From: the human T2T-CHM13v2.0 reference genome, Homo sapiens
NCBI RefSeq assembly: GCF_009914755.1
Contig: NC_060939.1
DNA: 64,000 nt
Strand: one strand, 5' to 3'
Shown: positions 56,398 to 64,000 of the stretch, piece by piece
Numbering within the stretch: the stretch's first letter is position 1
Layout of the letters: every line of letters starts with the position of its first letter
Translations under genes and position numbers: made by a program
The notes under the pieces: generated by a model
What the model was told of the DNA's origin: nothing
The model's database searches: none
The model's input: only the letters and a program-made list of their open reading frames with translations

Positions 56398-59300
56398 GGA
56401 ACTTTCTCCAAGGCAGGCCATATGATAGGCCATAAAAATGAGCCTCAGTAAATTTAAGAAAATTGAAATTATATCATGCACTCTCTCAGATCACAGTAGA
56501 ATAAAACTGGAAATCAACTCCAAAAGGAACCTTCAAATCCATGTAAATACATGAAAAATAAATAAATAACCTGCTCTTAAATGAGCATTGGGTAAAAAAT
56601 GAAATCGAGATGGAAATTTAAAAATTCTTCAAACTGAATGACAATAATGACACAACCTATCAAAACCTCTGGGATACAGCAAAGGCAGTTGCTAAGGGGA
56701 AAGTTCATAGCCCTAAATGCCTACCTACATCAAAAAGTCTGAAAGGGCATAAACAGCCAATCTAAGGTCAAACCTCAAGGAACTGGAGAAACAAAAAGAA
56801 ACCAAACCCAAACACAGCAGAAGAAAGGAAATAACCAACATCAGAGCAGAACTAAATGAAACTGAAACAAAAAAAAAGTACAAAACATAAATGAAACAAA
56901 AGCTGGTTCTTTGAAAAGATACATAAAATTGATAGACCATTAGCAAGATGAACCAAGAAAAGCAGAGAGAAAATCCCAATAAAGTAAGAAACAAAACAGA
57001 ACACAATGGTGCTGAGATAACTGGCAAACCACATGTAGGAAAATGAAACTGGATCCTAATCTCTCACCTAATACAAAAATCAACTCAAGATTGATTAAAT
57101 ATTACAGCTGACACCACTGAAATACAAAAGATCATTCGAGGCTACTATGAACACCTTTACGCACATAAACTAGAAAACCTAGAAGAGATGGATAAATTCC
57201 TGGAAAAATACAGCCCTCCTAGCTCAAATCAGGAAGAATTAGATACCCCGAATAGACCAATAACAAGTAGTGAGATTGAAATGCTAATTTAAAAATTACC
57301 AACAACAACAACAAAAAAGTTAAGGGCCAGATGGATTCACAGCAGAATTCTACCAGACATTCATAGAAAAATTGGTCCCAATCCTTTTGACACTATTCCA
57401 CATGACAGAGAAAGAAGAAACCCTCCCTAGTTAATTCTATGAAGCCAGCATCACCCTAATACGAAAACCAGGAAAGGACACAACCAAAAAAGAAAACTAC
57501 AGACCAGTATCCTTGATTAACATAGATGCTAAAATCCTTAACAAAATCTAGCTAACCAAATCCAACAACATATCAAAAAGATAATCTACCATGATCAAGT
57601 GGGTGTCATATCAGGGATGCAGGGATGGTTTAACACACACAAGTCAATAAATGTGATACACCACATTAACAAAATTAAACACAAAAATCATATGATCACC
57701 TCAATAGACGTAGAAAAGGCATTCAACAAAATCCAGCATCCCTTTATGATTAAAACCCTCAGCAAAATCGGCATACAACGGACATACCCTAATGTAATAA
57801 AAGCCATCTAGGACAAACCCACAGCCAACATAATACTGAATGGGCAAAACTTGAAAGCATTCCCTCTAAGAACTGGAACAAGACAAAGATACCCACTCTC
57901 CTCACTCCTCTTCATCGTAGTACTGGAAGTCCTAGCCACAGCAATCAGACAAGAGAAACAAATAAAGGGCATTCAAATTGGTAAAGAGGAAATCAAACTG
58001 TTGCTGTTTGCTGACAATGTGATCGTTTACCTTGAAAACCCTAAGGACTCCTCCAGAAAGCTCCTAGAACTGATAAAAGAATTCAGCAAACTTTCCAGAT
58101 ACAAGATTAATGTACACCAATCAGCTCTTCTACATAACAACAGTGACCAAGCAGAGAATTAAATCAAGATCTCAACCCTTTTAACAATAGCTGCAAAAAA
58201 AAATCAAAGACAGGAATGTACCTAACAAAAGAGTCAAAAGACCTCTACAAGAAAAACTACAAAACACTGCTGAAAGAAATGACAGATGACACAAACAAAT
58301 GGAAACACATCCCATGCTAATGGATGGGCAATACTGCTAAAAACAATCTACAAATTCAATGCAATCTCCACCAAAATACCAACATCATTCTTCACAGAAT
58401 TAGAAAAAACAATTCTAAAATTCATATTGAACCAAAAAAAAGTCCCCATAGCCAAAGCAAAAAGAAGAAATCTGGAGGCATTGCACTACTTGATTTCAAA
58501 CTATACTATAAGGCCATAATCATCAAAACAGCATGGTACTGGTTTAAAAATAGGCACATAGACCAATGGAACAGAATAGAGAACCCAGAAATAAACCCAA
58601 ATACCTACAGCAACTGATCTTCAACAAAGCAAACAAAAACATCAAATGGGGAAAGGACACCCTTTCAACAAATGGTGCTGGGATAATTGGCAAACCACAT
58701 GTAGGAGAACGAATCTGGATCCTAATCTCTCAACCTAATACAAAAATCAACTCGAGATGGATTAAGGTCTTAAACCTAAGACCTGAAACTATAAAAATTC
58801 CAGAAGATAACATTGGAAAAACCATTCTAGACATTGGCTTAGGCAAGGATTTCATGACCAAGTACCCAAAAGCAAATGCAATTAAAAAAAAGATTAATAG
58901 CTGGGACCTAATTAAACTAAAGAGCTTTTACTTGGCAAAAGGAACAGTCAGCAGAGTAAACAGACAACTCACAGAATGGGAGAAAATTTTTACAATCTAT
59001 ACATCTGACAAAGGACTAATACTCAGAATCTACAACAAACTCAAACAAATCAGTAAGAAAAAAACCAACAATCCCATCAAAAAGTAGGCTAAGGACATGA
59101 ATAGACAATTATCAAAAGAAGATATAGGGTGGGACTGTAAACTAGTTCAACCGTTGTGGAAGTCAGTGTGGCGATTCCTCAGGGATCTAGAACTAGAAAT
59201 ACCATTTGACCCAGGCATCCCATTACTGGGTATATACCCAAAGGACTATAAATCATGCTGCTATAAAGACACATGCACACAATATGTTTATTGAGGCACT

Positions 59301-60555
59301 ATCCACAACAGCAAAGACTTGGAACCAACTCAAATGTCCAACAATGATAGACTGGATTAAGAAAATGTGGCACATATACACCATGGAATACTATGCAGCC
59401 ATAAGAAATGATGAGTTCCTGTCCTTTGTAGGGACATGGATGAAATTGGAAATCATCATTCTCAGTAAACTATCGCAAGGACGAAAAACCAAACACCGCA
59501 TGTTCTCACTCATAGGTGGGAATTGAACAATGAGAACACATGGACGCAGGAAGGGGAACATCACACTCTGGGGACTGTTGTGGGGTGAGGGGAGTGGGGA
59601 GGGATAGTATTAGGAGATATACCTAATGCTAAATGACGAGTTAATGGGTGCAGCACACCAGCATGGCACATGTATACATATGTAACTAACCTGCACATTG
59701 TGCAATATACCCTAAAACTTAAAGTATAATAATAATAAAATAAAATAAAGAAGATATAGAAATGGCCAAAAAACATATGAAAAAATGCTCAACATCACTA
59801 ATGATCAGGGAAATGCAAATCAAAACCACAATGTGATACCATCTTACTCCTGCAAGAATGGCCATACTCAAAAAAATCACAAAAAGGTAGATGTGGCATG
59901 GATGCAGTGAACATGGAACACCTCTACACTGCTGGTGGGAATGTAAACTAGTACAGCCACTCTGGAAAACAGTGTGGAGATTCCTCAAAGAACTAAAAGT
60001 AGAACTACCGTTTGATACAGCAATCCCACTACTGGGTATCTACTCAGAGGAAAAGAAGTCATTATTCAAAAAAGATATTTGTACATGCATGTTTATAGCA
60101 GCACAATTCACAATTGCAAAATTGTGCAACCAACCCAAATGCCCATCAATCAACAAGTGGGTAAAGAAACTGTTATATATATATATGTATATACATCACA
60201 GCCATAAAAAGGAATGAATTAACAGCATTTGCAGTGACCTGGATGAGATTAGAGACTATTATTCTATGTCAAGTAACTCAGGAATGGAAAACCAAACATC
60301 GTATGTTCTCACCGATATGTGGGAGGTAAGCTATGAGGACGCAAAGGCATAAGAATGATACAATGGACTTTGGGAGACTTGAGGGGAAGAGTGGGAGGGG
60401 GTGAGGAATAAAAGACTACAAATATGGTACAGTGTATACTGCTCAGGTGATGGCTGCACCAAAATCTCACAATCACCACTAAAGAACTTACCCATGTAAC
60501 CGAATACCACCTGTACCCCAAAAACTTATGGAAAATTTAAAAAAAAATTAAAAAT
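56398..60555 (+). mobile_element. 5'-truncated L1PB1
   Basis: ORF2 remnants (QGWFN, LFADN); 3' UTR aaaagactacaaatatggtacagtgtatactgctc; TSD aaaagcta(cgc/tgg)tcct at 56383-56397 and 60556-60570. Confidence 0.9.
59128..59746 (+). mobile_element. 5'-truncated L1PA3-like insertion inside L1PB1
   Basis: gctaaatgacgagttaatgggtgcagcacaccagc; perfect TSD AAAGAAGATATAG at 59115-59127 and 59747-59759. Confidence 0.92.
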
Positions 60556-61149
60556 AAAAGCTATGGTCCTACCCCACCCTGCTAGCACAGGCCAAGTAGG
60601 CAGCCTAGACTTCTAACCTCACAAGGCTGTAATAAGGTGTCCCAACATCTCTGACAGAGTGGTATCCAGCGAGGGAGCTGAGACTATCTTTCCTGACAGC
60701 TGGTAATGAGGCCTCCCCGCAATATTGGTGGAAATCATATGAGGAGCCTGGACTTCCAACTCACTCAGCAGCAAGGAAACATACTTCCCTTCCTGGTGGG
60801 GAGGTGTCAGAGGAGGCCTGGCAGAGAATCAAGACTTTCGCCAACACCCACCAGTAATGAGATCACCCTCACGAAGGTGTCAGTGCAGACCACATGGAGA
60901 GCTAGAACTCTCACTCCCGTCCAGCAGTTACAAAAAGTCCCCTACCTTGGGTGTCAACAGAGGCCAGGTGGGTTAGAAATTTTACCTGCACCTGATAGCA
61001 ACAAGTTTTTGCCCTCCCCTTCCCCTGCTGGAGCAGCATCTGAGAAGCTAGTCACAACAGAAAGTTTTAATAAGATCCAGAATCTTGTGAAAGTATCTAG
61101 GTTTCAAGCAAAAATCATTTCTCAATGAACCAGGAATATCTCAAAATGA

Positions 61150-62425
61150 CCATTCACTGGGAAAAGACAGCCTCTTCAACAAATGATGTTAGGAAAACTA
61201 GATAGCCACATGCAAAAAAAAAAAAAAGTGAAGTTGAATTCTTACCTTACACCACATATAAAAAGTTAACTCTAAATGGATCAAAGACCTAAATGTAAGA
61301 GCTAAAACTATAAAACTCTTAGAAAGAAAACAAACAGAAGGGGAAACTCATGTCATTGGATTTGGTGAAGTTTTCTTAAATATGTTACCAAAACCACAGA
61401 CAACAAAAGTAAAAGTAGATAAACTGGACTACACCAAAATTTAAGATTTCTATGCATCAAGGAACATAATAGAGCAAAAAGGTAAGCTACAAAATAAAAC
61501 AAAATATTTGCAAATAATATATCTGATAAAAGGTTAATATCCAGAATATATACAGCACTCTTACAATTCAATAACAATAAAATCAACCCAATTTTAAAAT
61601 GAGCAAAGGTCTTAAATAGACATTTCTCCAAAGATGATATTCAAAGGGCCAAAAAGCCCATGAAAAGATGCTCAACATCACGAATCATTAGGTTAATGCA
61701 AGTCAAAACCACAAAGAGATACCACCTCACACCCATTAAATGGCCACTAACAAAAGAACAAAAAATAATAAGTATTTTTTACTTATATTAATAATAAGGA
61801 TGTGGAGAAACTGGAACCCTTGTGCATTGTTGGCAGAAATGTAAAATGGTGCAGCTGCTATGGAAAACAGTATGGCAGTTCCTCAAAAAATCATAAATAG
61901 AATGACCATATGACCTAGCAATTTCACCTCTAAGACTGGAAGAGATATTTGTATACCCACGTTCTTGGCAGCATTGTTGACAACAGCCAAGAGGTGGAAG
62001 CAACCCAAGTGTGCATCAACAGATGAACGGATAAACAAAATGTGTTATGTACATACAACGAAAGATTATCCTTAAAAAGGAAAGAAACTGACAAATGCTA
62101 CAACGTGTCTGAACCTTGAGAACACTGTGCTAAGTGAAGTAAGCCCGGGATAAAAAGACAAATACTGTATAATTTCACTATATGAAGTATCCAAAGTAGT
62201 GAAATTCATGTAAACAACAAGAATGGAGTTTGCCAGGGGTTGGAGAAGAGGGGGAAATAGGGAATTGTTGTTTGATAGAGTTTCAGTTTTGTAGGATGAA
62301 ACCCATAAAGACTGTTGCTCAACAATATGGCTATACTTAACACTACTGAACTACACACCAAAAAATGGTTAAGATCATAAATTTTATGCTGTATGAACTT
62401 TACCACAAATGAAAATTTAAAAACA
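61150..62425 (+). mobile_element. L1MB ORF2 end and 3' UTR
   Basis: ctcttcaacaaatgatg...cactactgaactacacac..aaaatggttaagat. Confidence 0.85.
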
Positions 62426-62439
62426 AGTTTTAATCAATT

Positions 62440-62965
62440 GTTGCTATAAACATTCATATACAAATTTTTACGTGACTCTAAATTAAGTGTTTTGCACCAT
62501 TTTACGTTCCTACCAATAATAAGTGATCCAGTTTCTACACATCTTCTCTAGCATTTTGGTGTTGACATTTTTTTTTTAATTTTAAGTTCCGGAATACATG
62601 TGCAGAACGTGCAGGTTTGTCACATAGGTATATATATGCCATGGGTGGTTTGCTGCACCTATCAACCCATCACCTAGGTTTTAACCCCCGAATGCATTAG
62701 CTATTTGTCCCAATGCTCTCCCTCCCCTCACTCCTGACGGGCCCTGGTGTGTGTTGTTCCCCTCCACGTAGACACTGTTTTTTATATCAGCTATTCTGAT
62801 AGCCGTGTAATGATATCTCATTGTAGTTTTAATTTGTATTTCCCCAATGGCTAATGATGTTGAACATCCTCCCACATGCTTATTTGCCAACTGCATATTC
62901 TTTTTGGTGAAATGTCTCTCTATATCTTTCACCTATTTTCTAATTGGATTTCATTTTTATTACCT
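62440..62965 (-). mobile_element. Old L1M fragment interrupted by an L1PA8-like 3' end (62568-62770)
   Basis: PolyT then atacatgtgcagaacgtgcaggtttg; host gatatctcattgtagttttaatttg. Confidence 0.8.
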
Positions 62966-64000
62966 AGTTTACAAACTCTGTAAAATTTGGAAGATTTTCA
63001 GAAACAATAGTGTCTACCTATGAAGAAAACAAACACATGAGTACAAATAAAATTTTAAAAGACATTTGATTAAACAAAAGAATAAACAATAACACTCTGC
63101 AGTTTCTCAGTAGTGACATATAACTAATACCTGTGGTGATAAATATATTAATGGTTCTCTGGCCCACTGAGTCACTTTGAAATAGACCCAATATCCTGGC
63201 TGTCATCCATGATGTGACAGCTTACAGTCCAGAGGCTCTGCAGGAATCGTTTCAGGGGTTGATCTCAGGGTCAGTCTCCACCAGTTCAGGAACCAACCAT
63301 GTTCTCTAGTCAGACATGAGGTTGAAACAAGTCTGTTTAACTCAACTGAAAGAGAAGGTCTGTTTCTCCTAACTCCCTATTGCCTTCCTCAAGTTTACCA
63401 GCAGAACAATGGTAATCATAATTATAGTAATAGCTACTAGCATAAGCACAGTTTTTATAGTTTATAAAAGGTTTTCAAAATTGACTTCATCTTCTGTTGT
63501 CTTACCTAATTGAGTAAAATTAAAATGTTATTGCAGTTAAAAAATTAACTGATGTTTTACAATTCTCAGGAATGCTGCAAGTCTAGAAAATAATCATTAA
63601 AATTATACTTTATTCTGCTGAATCAATGAAATTTTTTGGAAACAACCTCAACCCCCACAAAAGCAGCTTAGCACTGCTTAAAGAAATCCAGAATTTTTCT
63701 CCAAACACATATTGGATTTTTTATTAGTTGACCTCCGCAGCTAGACCAAAGAGCTGAGATCAGACTAAAGACCAAAAACGTCTTTTTTCCCTATGAGTAG
63801 TACCCCTCTGGTTTTTTATCAAAACGCATTCCTCTTGAGTTACATATTGAATAACTATCTCACATTTCTCCTGAAGAATTGAATTCACCTTGTTTTCACA
63901 TGTTGCTATGCTGAGGGCACAAAGGATTCAACACACTCTCACAATGCATTTACATCACTGGAATTTTTGTGGCCTATTCCAAAGTTTTTCCACTAAACAG

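Overview
This is primate, human-like genomic DNA: AT-rich, CpG-poor and dominated by retroelements. I cannot recognise any cellular protein-coding exon. Nearly all ORF-track entries are Alu, L1 or simple-repeat readings, or chance ORFs. The right part (about 41.8-63 kb) is a stack of nested LINE-1s. It includes a full-length, coding-dead L1PA2 (43501-49510) that keeps its 5' UTR and an intact antisense ORF0, a 5'-truncated L1PB1 containing an L1PA3 fragment, and older L1M hosts. The left 40 kb mixes Alu, MIR, L2, MaLR and MER elements with unique DNA. The most notable non-repeat signals are: (1) two 83-bp copies (76/83 identical, 2537 bp apart) of a minus-strand octamer + TATA module, each followed by a splice donor; (2) two 53-bp copies of a STAT (TTCCCAGAA) + C/EBP-like module inside a cluster of four identical GAS sites; (3) several minus-strand exon-like segments. 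Together these suggest the multi-promoter 5' region of an unidentified leftward transcript, which is inference only. Many old repeats carry fold-back templated-insertion scars. Repeat subfamilies were assigned by eye from remembered consensus sequences, and old-repeat boundaries are approximate.
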